Below are positions 12,196 through 25,052 of a DNA stretch of 64,000 bases, piece by piece. The notes beneath the pieces were generated by a model. It searched no databases. It was given only the letters and a program-made list of their open reading frames with translations, and was not told the DNA's origin. This stretch comes from Eledone cirrhosa. Lineage: Eukaryota. A program made the position numbers and the translations under genes. The stretch spans positions 19,592,001-19,656,000 of the forward strand of contig OZ024741.1 of NCBI GenBank assembly GCA_964016885.1, read 5' to 3'. Every line of letters begins with the position of its first letter. The stretch's first letter is position 1.

Positions 12196-13420
12196 TGTAA
12201 TTAAACACACACACATACACAATACACACACACCACACAACACACACACACCACACACAGACAGACACACATAGTAGAAAAGAAATAATGAAATAAGTGT
12301 GGTATATTTACTTGTGTATAACGCTGTAATACAGTAGTTGCAAACGTGGTATGTACTCCAAATATATAGAGAAGAGACCGGTGTATATATATATATATTT
12401 GTATATATAGTTATGTATAGGTAGGTATGTATAGGTAGGTATGTATGTAGTTATATGTGTATTTGTGTATTTATGTATTTATGTATGTATTATGGATATA
12501 TATATATATATACATATGTATGTATGGATGTATGTATGTATGTATATGTTTGTATGTATGTGTGTATGTATGTATGTATGTATGTATATGTATGTATATA
12601 TCTACGTATGTATATGTATGTATATGTATATATATATGTATATATGTATGTGTATGTATGTATGTTTGTGTGTATATATGTAAGTAAGTATGTATGTATG
12701 TATGTATGTATGTATGTATGTATGTATGTGTATGTATGTATATGTATGTGTATGTATGTATGTATGTATATGTATATATGTATGTGTATGTATGTATGTA
12801 TGTATATGTATATATATATGTGTATGTATGTGTGTGTATGTATGTATGTATATGTATGTGTATGTATGTATTTCTTCTCTATCTCTCTAATTCTCCTTTT
12901 CGCTGTAAGGAAATCACAAGAATTCTCCGCAGAACTTGCCAAATATTCCAGTATTCCTTCGGCTATCCATCAGTGAAATTTATTTTAGTTCCTTTATTGT
13001 TTTTCCTTCCTTGGTGTTGGTTCTAATATAGATATATATATACACATGTATATACATACATGTGTATTTATATTATGTTTGGGAAATAATCAATTCTTAA
13101 ACATTTTTCAAGCAATTATTTTTCCCTGATTTTTTTGGGGGGAAAAAATGGTTGTTTATTTTTTTATGTATTTCGAAAAAAATTATCTTTTTTGCGTTTT
13201 GTAAAATCCTTCTTTCTTTCTTTCTTTTTCTTTTCCTTGAGAAGTTTTCTGTAGGTGTAAGTAATAAGCAATGTGTTAATTTGACCATTTGACAATTTGT
13301 CAATCTGGCTATTTGGCAATGTGGTCATTCCGAATTGCTAAATTGGTAGAGTCACTGTTTTCCATGGCTGTGATTTAATATTTCATAAATTTGTACGAAC
13401 GTGTGAACACGCGAGTGTGC

Positions 13421-13471
<51 letters not shown>

Positions 13472-13880
13472 GGGCTGTTAGTGTGCGTGTGCACATGTGT
13501 GTGTCGGTGTGTCGGTCTGTCAGCGTATGCCTGTGTTGTTCACGTGTGTGTGTCAGCGTCTCTCTCTTTATCTATTATTATGAGTATGTGTAGGTGTGTA
13601 TATGTTTAAAGATATGTGTGTGTATGTGTATGTGTGTATGTGTATGTGTGTATATGTATGTGTTTATGTGTGTATATGTATGCGTGTATGTGTGTATGTA
13701 TGTGTATGTGTGTATGTGTATATGTGTATATGTATGTGTATGTGTGTATATGTATGCGTGTATGTGTGTGTATGTATGTGTGTGTGTATATGTATGTATG
13801 TGTATGTGTGTTTTTCTCCTTGATTCTCTTCCACTCCCGACAGTCACAATCAACTGTCTCTCTCTCTCTCTCTCTCTTGC
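11170..13880. repeat. Compound microsatellite field ((CA)n, (GA)n, (TG)n, (TA)n, (TATG)n) with short unique islands
   Basis: Direct reading. Confidence 0.9.
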
Positions 13881-14079
13881 TAACTACGATGACATGAAAA
13901 CAACGCTGGAATAGATGTAAATATACCGGAAGTGGGTACTGGGTGATGGGGGGAGGAGGAGGAAGAATACAGTAGTAGTAGTAGTAGTAGTAGTAGTATC
14001 AGCTGTTGCGATCAATAGTGGCGGTGGCGATAGCAGCAGTTGCAGCAGCAGCAGAAGAAGAAGTGTGAAAGAAAGATAT

Positions 14080-15005
14080 ATTTCTTTATTTGCCACAGGG
14101 GTGTACAAAAATGGGAGATTACAAGACGTGACGGCGGGGGTTTTACATAAAATATTTAACAATGATAAATAACAATAAACTATATAAAATTAAAACAATT
14201 GAAATCCCCATTGGGGGGGGGGGGGCGTTACTGCGGGGTTGTTTTACACCCCGTGGACAGAACAACCCTCGACACCAGGAACACGTTTTGTAGGGGTTCC
14301 CGTCTTCCCTCTGTTTATCTTCCACAACCTACAGGTTTATATACAGAGAATGCCCATTCACTCATTTCGCCACATTCACCCAACTTTCAGCGAATTTACT
14401 CTCACCTTCCTTCTGAAGTGGTACTTAAAGAAGGGGATGAGTTGTTGTCCGGAGAGAAAGGTGTTTGCCCTCAGTCCTTTTAACCTCGTCCACCATATTA
14501 CCTCTTTCACCATAGCCACCAGACAGAGGAAGACCGCTTCTCCTTCATTCTTAAATGAAGGCGACGGGGTGATCCTCACGATGGACTCGGCTGACAAGTG
14601 GATGCGTCCCACACGTGACAGCAGCTGTTCGACATAATTCCACAGGTCGGTCACTCCTGGGCACTGAACAATTGCGTGCAGAACGGTTTCGATGTCCTGC
14701 TCGCATCTTGGACAGGTTCTTTTGGCAGGATCTCTGCCAGGGCGTCCATGCCTGTAGATTTCGTCTCGAACTGGTAGAGCTCCTCGGTAGCACTGCCAGG
14801 CCAGAGACCTCTGGAAGTTATCCATAGGCGCTGGACGGAAAGTCCTCCTGAACAGACTGGTCAGTTCGTCCTCCTCGATGCCTAGAGTTTCCCCGAGAAC
14901 GTCGTCGCACTTATCCTCCACTAATCCCCTATAGAATGTAGAAGTGGAGTCTCTGCTGATTGCCGTTTCCGCTTAGCAGAGGGTTGAAGGCACTCGAGGT
15001 GCCAA
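14080..15005 (-). mobile_element. Tx1-clade LINE, 5'-truncated copy A (ORF2 C-terminal zinc-finger region plus 3' UTR), frameshifted
   Basis: Peptide FRPAPMDNFQRSLAWQCYRGALP..CPRC..ETVLHAIVQC is homologous to the end of 59422-61449. The 3' terminus 'cctgtggcaaataaagaaat' is shared with the other copies. Confidence 0.9.
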
Positions 15006-15023
15006 AGATAGATAGATAGATAT

Positions 15024-17866
15024 GTTTCTTTATTAGCCACAGGGGCACAAAAGAAGGGGACAAATACAAAGGGGGAGGGAAGTTTACATACAATAAAAAC
15101 GTGTAAAATATTATCACAAATGCAATTTAAAAATTAGTCGATTTTCCCCAATAGTGGGAGACATTACATATGGGTGACACATACCCCCGAAAAAAAATGT
15201 GCAACCCTCATTTCCATGAGTCTTTTTCCTCAACCTACAGGCTGATATAGAGAGAAGGCCCATTCACTCGGGCCATTCTCGTCACTTTCACCCACCTTAC
15301 ATAAAACTTGCTGGGGTACAGCACCTCTCTCTCCATCCTGATTCTTCTTCCAAAGTGGTATTTGAAAAAAAGAATCAGTTGTTGGCCGGAGAGAAAGGTG
15401 TCTGACCTCAGCCCTTTCGGCCTTGTCCACCATACAACCTCTTTTGCCATAGCTATCACACAAAGGAAAACCGCCTCTCCTTCGTTTTTGAAGGAGGGTG
15501 GCGGTTTGATCATGACAATGGACTCGGTGGTCAACTGGATTGGTCCCACCCGCGCCAATAGTCGTTCTACATATCCCCACAGGTCGGTGACGCCCAGGCA
15601 GTGTATGAATACGGGCGCGACGGTTTCTTCGTCTCGCACGCACCTCGGACAGATCGTTTTTGCAGGGTCTCTGCCAGGGCGTCCATGTCTGTAGAGCTTG
15701 TCTCGAATTGGTAGAGCTCCTCGGTAGCACTGCCAGGCCAGGGACTTTGGAAGTTGTCCATTGGTCCCGGGCGGAAGGTCCTACCGAACAGACTGGCCAG
15801 TTCGTCTTCCTCTACGCCTAGAGTTTGACCGAGCGCGTCGTCGCACTTGCTGCGGATCAACCCTCTATAGAATGACGAAGTGGAGTCTGCCAGAGGGCTG
15901 TGAGCGCCTGAGCACATTCGATGTGCCAGTCGCCCATTTTCCTCGGTCTTTGTTTGACCCAGGACTGCAGCTCGATCAGTGAGACGAGTCGTGAGAAGGC
16001 TCGCCTCACAAACGGGGCCCACACCGGTTGTCCGGTGAGGAATACGTAAAGGTGCCGCAGCCTGAGCGCGTGTTTGCGCATCGTCAGCCACGGCATCCCC
16101 AGCCCTCCTTTGGAAGGGTGTTTGCAGCAAATGGATCTTCTCATCAAAGAAGCCCGCCTCTTCCAAAGGAATTGGAAGAGCGCGCGCTCCATTTTGGCGA
16201 ACGTTTTGGCTGGACAAGGCACGACGGTCAAGCGGTAGTAGATGGCGGACGCTATAAAAGTGTTCGCCACCTCCGCTCGACCTTTCAAGGATAGTTTGCA
16301 CTCGGCCACTTCTGAGTGAGTGCAAACACCTTGGCCGACACCTCGTTCCAGTTCTTCTCCACCTGGAGGTCCGGACCAAACCAGGCGCCGAGCAACTTTA
16401 CCGGTCCTTCCGTCCAGCGTCCGACGACGCCATCGGAAGGCATCGGTTTGCCTCTCCACGATCCAAGTTACAAACCGATGGACTTGTGCCGGTTCAGCTT
16501 CGCTCCTGTGGACCTTTCGTATTCCTTCAGTAAGGTGCCGACTTCCTCGATTTGCGAGGCGCTCGACACCATTACGGTCAAGTCGTCGGCGTAGGCCGAC
16601 GCCGCTTTCTGCAGTCCCGGTTCCAGAGGGATGCCCTGCAATAGCTCCAACTTCCGCAGTAGTGGCTCGAGAGTCAGTACGTACAGAAGGGAGGAGAGGG
16701 GGGCATCCCTGTCGAATGGATCGCGTGATATGGAACGGCTCCGAGAGGTAGCCGTTCACCTTGAATCTTGAGCAGATGTTGCTGTTGTGCATTGCAGGAA
16801 TCCAGCCCCTGAACACGGGTCCGAAGCCTGCCGCCTCAAGCACCGCATCCAGGTAACGATGGCCAACCCTATCGAAAGCCTTAGACTGATCCAAGTTGAT
16901 CAGGGTCCCACCGAAGCCGGGTTTACACCCTACCCTCTCTATGATGTATCGCATGAGGTGGAGGTTGTCGTGTATGGACCTGGTCGGGATTGCGCATGTC
17001 TGCGCTTCTCCCACCAGGTTCTCGACGACAAGCGCCAGCCTCTTTGCCAACACCTTGGCCAAAATCTGTAACTCTGTGTTTATGCAGAGTTATGGGCCGG
17101 AAGTTCCCTATGTCATCCCCCTTATTCTCGTCCTTCCTGACTAGTGTGACTACGCCCCCGGTCACAGAACTGGGAATTCTCCCGTTCTGTTGCCAGTTGC
17201 TGTATACCGCTTCCAGGAGACCGGAGAATAAGTCCGGCATGCTACGTAAAATTCGTAGGGTAGACCGTCGAGACCTGGAGATTTGCGTTTGCCGCATTGG
17301 CTCAGCGCGTCCCCTATCTCAGCGGCTGAAATCGGCTTTTTGCAGAACTTTGCCTCGCTGTCCGAGAGTCGCGGTAGGCCGTCGAGGTATGGACCGAAAT
17401 CCATAGCCTCTCCCGGCGCGCCTACCTGCCCGAACAGTTGAGCAAAGTGCCGCTGAAGGGCCGCACACATCTGCTTCGGCTCACGCATCACGCGTCCGTT
17501 TTGGTCCTTCAAAGACCGAATCGTGGACTTGTTGCCACTTTTTTCCTCCGTCACTCGGGCCCAGCTAACAGCTTTGGCTCCCTCGTTTCCCAGAAAACCT
17601 ATTTTGCTTCTGACAACGCAGCCCTCGTGCTTTGCGTCGAAGAACTGGTCCAAGGCCGTTCTCGTTGCTAGCACGCTGGCTACTTTGCCACTTCTAATTG
17701 CCTCTTCTACTTTATCTACCAGTTCCTTCTCGGTCCTATTTCTATCTAACGCCAATTCTTTACTAAAAACTAACGAGTCTAATCTAACTGTCCTCTTGAG
17801 AGAGTACCGCCATCTGTTGTTGACAATGGCCCCTGTCAAGTGCTGTTTAACTAAAGTGCTAATCCG

Positions 17867-17867
<1 letters not shown>
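15024..17867 (-). mobile_element. Tx1-clade LINE, 5'-truncated copy B (RT, zinc finger, 3' UTR), several frameshifts
   Basis: KSPGLDGLPYEFY, NFRPITL, LDQSKAFDRV, RQGCP and AYADD across ORF fragments. (GATA)n lies on both sides (15007-15022, 17868-17900). Confidence 0.95.
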
Positions 17868-17902
<35 letters not shown>

Positions 17903-18289
17903 AAGAAAGGAAAGAAAGAAGAAAGAAAAAAGAAAGAAAGAAAGAAAGAAAGACAGAGAATAAAGAAATATAAATATAAAGAAGAAATAACGAAAGAATA
18001 AATGAAACGAAAACGACGACGATAGAAAAAAGTAACTTTAAGCAATTAAATGAGAAGAGATGACAGAAGACAGAAGATAGATGTAAAACAGATGAAGAAG
18101 ATGTCAGATGAGGAGAGAAAAAGACGGCTGAAGAAAGATGAAAAATATTTCAGATGATAAACGAGAGAGACAGAAAAGAGATGACAGGTGACAGAAGCTA
18201 GAAGATAATATAAAACATGTAAAGACGTTAGATGACATGAAGACAAGATAGATGAAAATGTCTTCAGATGAAGAGAGATAACAGAGGAT

Positions 18290-19240
18290 ACGGGTTGACA
18301 GACGACAAGGGTTGACAGACGACAAGGGTTGACAGACGACACGGGTTGACAGACGACACGGGTTGACAGACGACACGGGTTGACAGACGACACGGGTTGA
18401 CAGACGACAAGGGTTGACAGACGACACGGGTTGACAGACGACACGGGTTGACAGACGACAAGGGTTGACAGACGACGAGGGTTGACAGACGACAAGGGTT
18501 GACAAACGACACGGGTTGACAGACGACAAGGGTTGACAGACGACACGGGTTGACAGACGACAAGGGTTGACAGACGACACGGGTTGACAGACGACACGGG
18601 TTGACAGACGACACGGGTTGACAGACGACAAGGGTTGACAGACGACACGGGTTGACAGACGACACGGGTTGACAGACGACAAGGGTTGACAGACGACAAG
18701 GGTTGACAGACGACGAGGGTTGACAGACGACAAGGGTTGACAGACAACACGGGTTGACAGACGACAAGGGTTGACAGACGACGAGGGTTGACAGACGACA
18801 AGGGTTGACAGACGACACGGGTTGACAGACGACACAGGTTGACAGACGACACGGGTTGACAGACGACACGGGTTGACAGACGACACGGGTTGACAGACGA
18901 CAAGGGTTGACAGACGACAAGGGTTGACAGACGACAAGGGTTGACAGACGACAAGGGTTGACAGACGACACGGGTTGACAGACGACAAAGGTTGACAGAC
19001 GACAAGGGTTGACAGACGACAAGGGTTGACAGACGACACGGGTTGACAGACGACACGGGTTGACAGACGACAAGGGTTGACAGACGACAAGGGTTGACAG
19101 ACGACACGGGTTGACAGACGACAAAGGTTGACAGACGACAAGGGTTGATAGACGACAAGGGTTGACAGACGACACGGGTTGACAGACGACACGGGTTGAC
19201 AGACGACAGGGGTTGACAGACGTCAAGGGTTGACAGACGA
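18290..19240. repeat. 20-bp minisatellite, ~47 copies
   Basis: Unit gggttgacagacgaca(c/a). Confidence 0.97.
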
Positions 19241-19959
19241 CAGAAAACGATAGGAGATGGTAAAAGAATAAAGCTGAAGAAAACAGAAGACGAAAGAAGA
19301 GAGATAAATGGAGATGACAGAAGAAAGAGGTTGAGAGATGACAGAAGACAGAGGTCGAGAGATGACAGAAGAGACATGGTGAAGACTGAAAAAGACAGAA
19401 TAATGTAGATGAAGAAGTCTTCAGATTAGATGAGCTGAGAAAATAGAAGACAGGGGATAAGTGAAGACAAGAGTTAGATGAAAACAGATGACAGAAGAGA
19501 GAAGATAGATGAAAACAGATAACGAAGTCATCAAATGAAGAGAGAAGAGAGAAGATAGGAGATAGGAGACAGAAGATAGGAGACAGATGACAGAAGAGAG
19601 AAGATAGGAGACAGATAACAGAAGAGAGAAGATAGAAAAGAGAAGATAGGAGACAGATGACAGAAGAGAGAAGATAGAAGAGAGAAGATAGGAGACAGAT
19701 GACAAAAGCCAGTCGAAGTCAGATGAAAATTTGAAATAAAAAAAGAGGGAAGTGCTATAAAAGAAAGTAGATGAAAACAAATGATAACAGAAGACAGAAG
19801 CAGATAGATGAAGAGAGAAGATTGATAAAAGACGATAACAGAAGGTAGATAAAGATAGATGATAACAGGAAACAGAAGCAGATAGAAGAAGGGCGAAGAT
19901 TGATAAAAGACGATAACAGAAGGTAGATAACGATAGATGAATAAGTCTTCAGAGGAGGT

Positions 19960-20406
19960 GAGAGTATTGAAGACAGAAGATAGAAGACAGAAGATAGAAG
20001 ATGAAGACAGAAGATAGAAGATAGAAGATAGAAGACAGAAGATAGAAGATAGAAGATAGAAGAGAGAAGATAGAAGATAGAAGACAGAAGACAAAAGACA
20101 GAAGATAGAAGACAGAAGATAGAAGATAGAAGGTAGAAGACAGAAGATAGAAGATAGTAAAGAGAAGATAGAAGATAGAAGACAGAAGATAGAAGACAGA
20201 AGACAGAAGATAGAAGACAGAAGATAGAAGACAGAAGACAGAAGACAGAAGATAGAAGATAGAACATAGAAGATAGAACACAGAAGATAGAAGATAGAAG
20301 ATAGAAGATAGAAGACAGAAGATAGAAGACAGAAGATAGAAGACAGAAGACAGAAGATAGAAGATAGAAGATAGAACACAGAAGATAGAAGATAGAAGAT
20401 AGAAGA

Positions 20407-20444
<38 letters not shown>

Positions 20445-20765
20445 TAGAAGATAGAAGATAGGACACAGAAGATAGAAGATAGAAGATAGAAGAAGACAGA
20501 AGGTAGAAGACAGAAGACAGAAGATAGAACATAGAAGATAGAACACAGAAGATAGAAGATAGAAGATAGAAGAAGACAGAAGGTAGAAGACAGAAGACAG
20601 AAGATAGAAGACAGAAGATAGAAGACAGAAGACAGAAGATAGAACATAGAAGAGAGGACACAGAAGATAGAAGATAGAAGATAGAAGAAGACAGAAGGTA
20701 GAAGACAGAAGACAGAAGATAGAAGACAGAAGATAGAAGATAGAAGATAGAAGAAGACAGAAGAA
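19960..20765. repeat. 7-bp satellite (GAAGATA/GAAGACA) inside a purine-rich tract spanning ~17.9-21.2 kb
   Basis: Direct reading. Confidence 0.92.
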
Positions 20766-21209
20766 AATATATGAAAATAGATGAAAATATGGGAATAAGT
20801 GTTGAGATGAGGATAAGAGAAGAAGGCAGAGAAGTGAGAAGATAGAAGAAATTAGATGACAAACGATGACAGTAAAAATAAGTTGACAAAATAAAATGGA
20901 GGGAAGAGCTAAAGACATAAAATGAAAGAAAAACAAATGAAAAACTTTACAGAAGAAGGTGAAGAAAATGAGAAGAAAAAGATGAGAAAAAGAAAGCTGA
21001 GAATAAAATATAGATTTGAGAGAGGGGGTGAGAGGGGAAGTGAGAGGGAGGGAGAGGGGAGAGAGAGGGTAGCGAGGGGAGATAGGGAGATAGAGGGGGA
21101 GAAGAGAGAGAGAGAGAGGGAAGAGAGGAGAGAGAGTGGGAAGAGGGGGATAGTAGAAATAGTAGGATTAGAGATTGAAATACAAGTGAAGAGAAAATAG
21201 TAGAGCATT

Positions 21210-21910
21210 ATAGCATGATGTGGTGTGTATGTGTGAATGGTGCACATGTGTGTGTATATGAAAACTGTATGTGTGAAGCATGGGCACGTGTATGTATATA
21301 TGTGTATGTGTGAGGATAATGTGCATGTACATCTATATATGTGTGCCTGTGTGTGTATATGTAAAGTGTATGTGTGTATGTGTGAATACACGTGTATGTA
21401 TGTATGTATGTATGTATGTATGTATGTATGTATGTATGTATGTATGTATATGTATGTATGTATGTATGAGTATGTATGTATGTATATGTATGTATATGTA
21501 TATATGTATATGTATGCATGTATGTATATATGTATATATGTATGTATGTATGTATATATGTATATATATGTATGTATATATGTATATATATGTATATATT
21601 TAAGTATGTATGTATGTATGTATGTATGTATGTATGTATGTATGTATGTATGTATGTATGTATGTATATATATATGTATATATATATATGTTTGTATAGA
21701 TGTATGTATATATATGTTTGTATATATATGTATATATGCATCTATGTATGTATTTATGTATGTATGTATTTATGTATGTATGTATGTATGTATGTATGTA
21801 TGTATGTATGCGTGTATGTATATATATGTATTTATGTATATATGTATGTATCTATATATATGTATATATGTATATATGCATCTATGTATTTATGTATATA
21901 TGTATGCATG

Positions 21911-21944
<34 letters not shown>

Positions 21945-22337
21945 TGTATGTATGTATGTATGTATGTATGTATATGTATATATTATGTATATATGTATGT
22001 ATATATATGTATATATGCATCTATGTATTTATGTATATATGTATGTATATATATATGTATGTATGTATGTCTGTATGTATGTATGTATATATGTATGTAT
22101 GTATATATATATGTGTATCTATATATGTATGTATATATATATATATGTATGTATATATATATATGTATCTATATATGTATGTATATATATATATGTATGT
22201 ATGTATATATATATATGTATCTATATATGTATGTATATATATATATGTATGTATGTATATATATATGTGTATCTATATATGTATGTATATATATATATGT
22301 ATATATGTATATATATATATGTATCTATATATGTATG

Positions 22338-22370
<33 letters not shown>

Positions 22371-22440
22371 GTATATATATATATGTATGTATGTATATAT
22401 GCATGTATGTATGTTTATATATATATATTTATGTATGTGC
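21210..22440. repeat. (TATG)n/(TA)n microsatellite field
   Basis: Direct reading. Confidence 0.95.
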
Positions 22441-22499
22441 AACAATTGGCAATGCAAAAACTTGAACTTGTAAATCATTTATGAGGAGAAATGGGAGGT

Positions 22500-24070
22500 A
22501 GTAGTGTGTGTGTGGAGGGAGGGGCAGCATATGTATGTACATGCATGTGTCTGCGGGTGTGTGTGTTGTATGTATGTGTGTGTGTGTGTGTGTTTATGTA
22601 TGTGTGTGTGTGTGTGCATGTGTGTGGAGGGAGGAGCAGCATATGTATGTACATGCATGTGTCTGCGGGTGTGTGTGTTGTATGTATGTGTGTGTGTGTG
22701 TGTTGTATGTATGTGTGTGTGTGCGTGTGTGTGGAATGAGGGGCAGCATATGTATGTACATGCATGTGTCTGCGGGTGTGTGTGTTGTATGTATGTGTGT
22801 GTGTGTGTGTTGTATGTATGTATGTGTGTGTGTGTGTGCGTGTGTGTGGAATGAGGGGCAGCATATGTATGTACATGCATGTGTCTGCGGGTGTGTGTGT
22901 GTGTATGATACGGTACTGTGTGTGTGTGTGTGTGTATGACACGGTACTGTGTGTGTGTATGACATGGTACTGTGTGTGTGTGTGTGTATGATACGGTACT
23001 GTGTGTGTGTGTGTGTGTGTATGACACGGTACTGTGTGTGTGTGTGTATGACACGGTACTGTGTGTGTGTGTGTATGATACGGTACTGTGTGTGTGTGTG
23101 TGTGTATGACACGGTACTGTGTGTGTGTGTGTATGACACGGTACTGTGTGTGTGTATGATACGGTACTGTGTGTGTGTGTGTATGACACGGTACTGTGTG
23201 TGTGTGTGTATGACACGGTACTGTGTGTGTGTGTACGTAACGGGTTCTTTCGTACAATTTCAATGCGTAAGAACACGTCAACATAGTAGAGACATTTCTC
23301 TCTCTCTCACACTCTCTCTCTCTCTCTCTCACACACACTCTCTCTCTCTCTCTCTCCCTCTCACTCTCTCAAACACGCACTCTCTCTTTCACATGCTCTC
23401 GCTCTCTCACACACGCCCTCTCTCCCCCTCTCTCTCTCTCACGCACACTCTCTCTCTCTCTCTCTCTCTCTCTCATACACACTCTTTCTCTCTCACACAC
23501 ACACACTCTCTCTGTTACACACACACACACACACACTCTTTCTCACTCACTCTCTCCCCTCTCTCGCACACGCACTCTCTTTCTCTCTCTCTATCTCTCC
23601 CCCCCCCCTCTCTATCTGTCTATATGACACCAAATCCTAAGTGCAATAGTAGTAGTAACACATGTTGCGCTAAATATGAGTGTGTGAATGTGTGTATCGG
23701 TGTGTGTACACGTGTGTGTGTATATGTGTGTTTATATGTGTGCATGTGTGTCAGCTTATGTGTGTATGCATTGTATATATGCACATATATATGTGTGTAC
23801 ACGTGTGTGTGTATTAATATGTGTGCATGCATTGTATATATGCACATATATGTGTGTACACGTGTGTGTGTATTAATATGTGTGCATGCGTTGTATATAT
23901 GCACATATATGTGTGTACACGTGTGTGTGTATTAATATGTGTGCATGCGTTGTATATATGCACATATATGTGTGTACACGTGTGTGTGTATTAATATGTG
24001 TGCATGCGTTGTATATATGCACATATATGTGTGTACACGTGTGTGTGTGTTAATATGTGTGCATGCGTTG

Positions 24071-24103
<33 letters not shown>

Positions 24104-24535
24104 ATATTTGTGTCTTTGTGTGTGTACTTGTGTTTGTGCTTGTGTGTGTTTATATGTGTGTACTTGTGTGTGTGCTTGTGTGTGTTTATATGTGGGCATG
24201 CATCATTGTATATATATATATGTGTGTGTGTGTGTGAGTGTGTGTGTGAGTGTTCGTGTGCTTGTGTGTGTTTATATGTGTGTACTTGTGTGTGTGTGTG
24301 TGTGTGTGTGCTTGTGTGTGTTTATATGTGTGCATGCACCATTGTATATATATATATGTGTGTGTGTGTGGGTGTGTGTGTGTTCGTGTTCGTGTGCTTG
24401 TGTGTGTTTATATGTGTGTGATTGTGTGTGATTCTGTGTATGAGCGTGTGTGTGTGTGTGCTTGTGTGTGTGTGTGCTTGTGTGTGTGTTTTTGTGTGTG
24501 TGTGTACATGTGTACATGTGTGTGTGTGTGTGTAC
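22500..24535. repeat. Microsatellite-derived minisatellites: ~110-bp unit x4 (22505-22900), tatgacacggtac(tg)n x~12 (22905-23230), (CT)n (23295-23620), ~59-bp unit x5-6 (23700-24075), (TG)n-rich tract
   Basis: Direct reading. Confidence 0.88.
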
Positions 24536-24626
24536 CGACGAATGCCTACTCACGTGTGACACACAGACAGATGCAGGAGGCAGAGAAAGAAACGGAAAGA
24601 GAGGTAGGACATCAAATGCAACAGGG

Positions 24627-24709
<83 letters not shown>

Positions 24710-25052
24710 GATGGTGGTGTTGATGATGACAATGATGATGGTGGTGGTAGTGATAATGGAGATGATGTTATTGATGATGATGATGATGAGGAGGAGGAGT
24801 CATTGAAGCAGCATAATAGTACCACTGCCATCGCCATCAGAAACAATAGGAACAATGAGCTAACTATGTGCCTCTATGTGGACATTAAATCTGCTAGAAA
24901 TAGCCACCACATCACCCACATGCCCTGCTGTCTCGTTGGGTAACGAGGTTCTGAATGTAAAGTTGCAAAGAAAACTTTGAGGATGGTCACCACTGGATTG
25001 TCTATTAGAGGTTTATTGTTTCAAGATTGACCTTGGGATAAACAATTTATTA

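Noticed and set aside
18046-20936. SSVNPCRLST and LLSSIFY ORFs
   Set aside because: Translations of the 20-bp and 7-bp tandem repeats.
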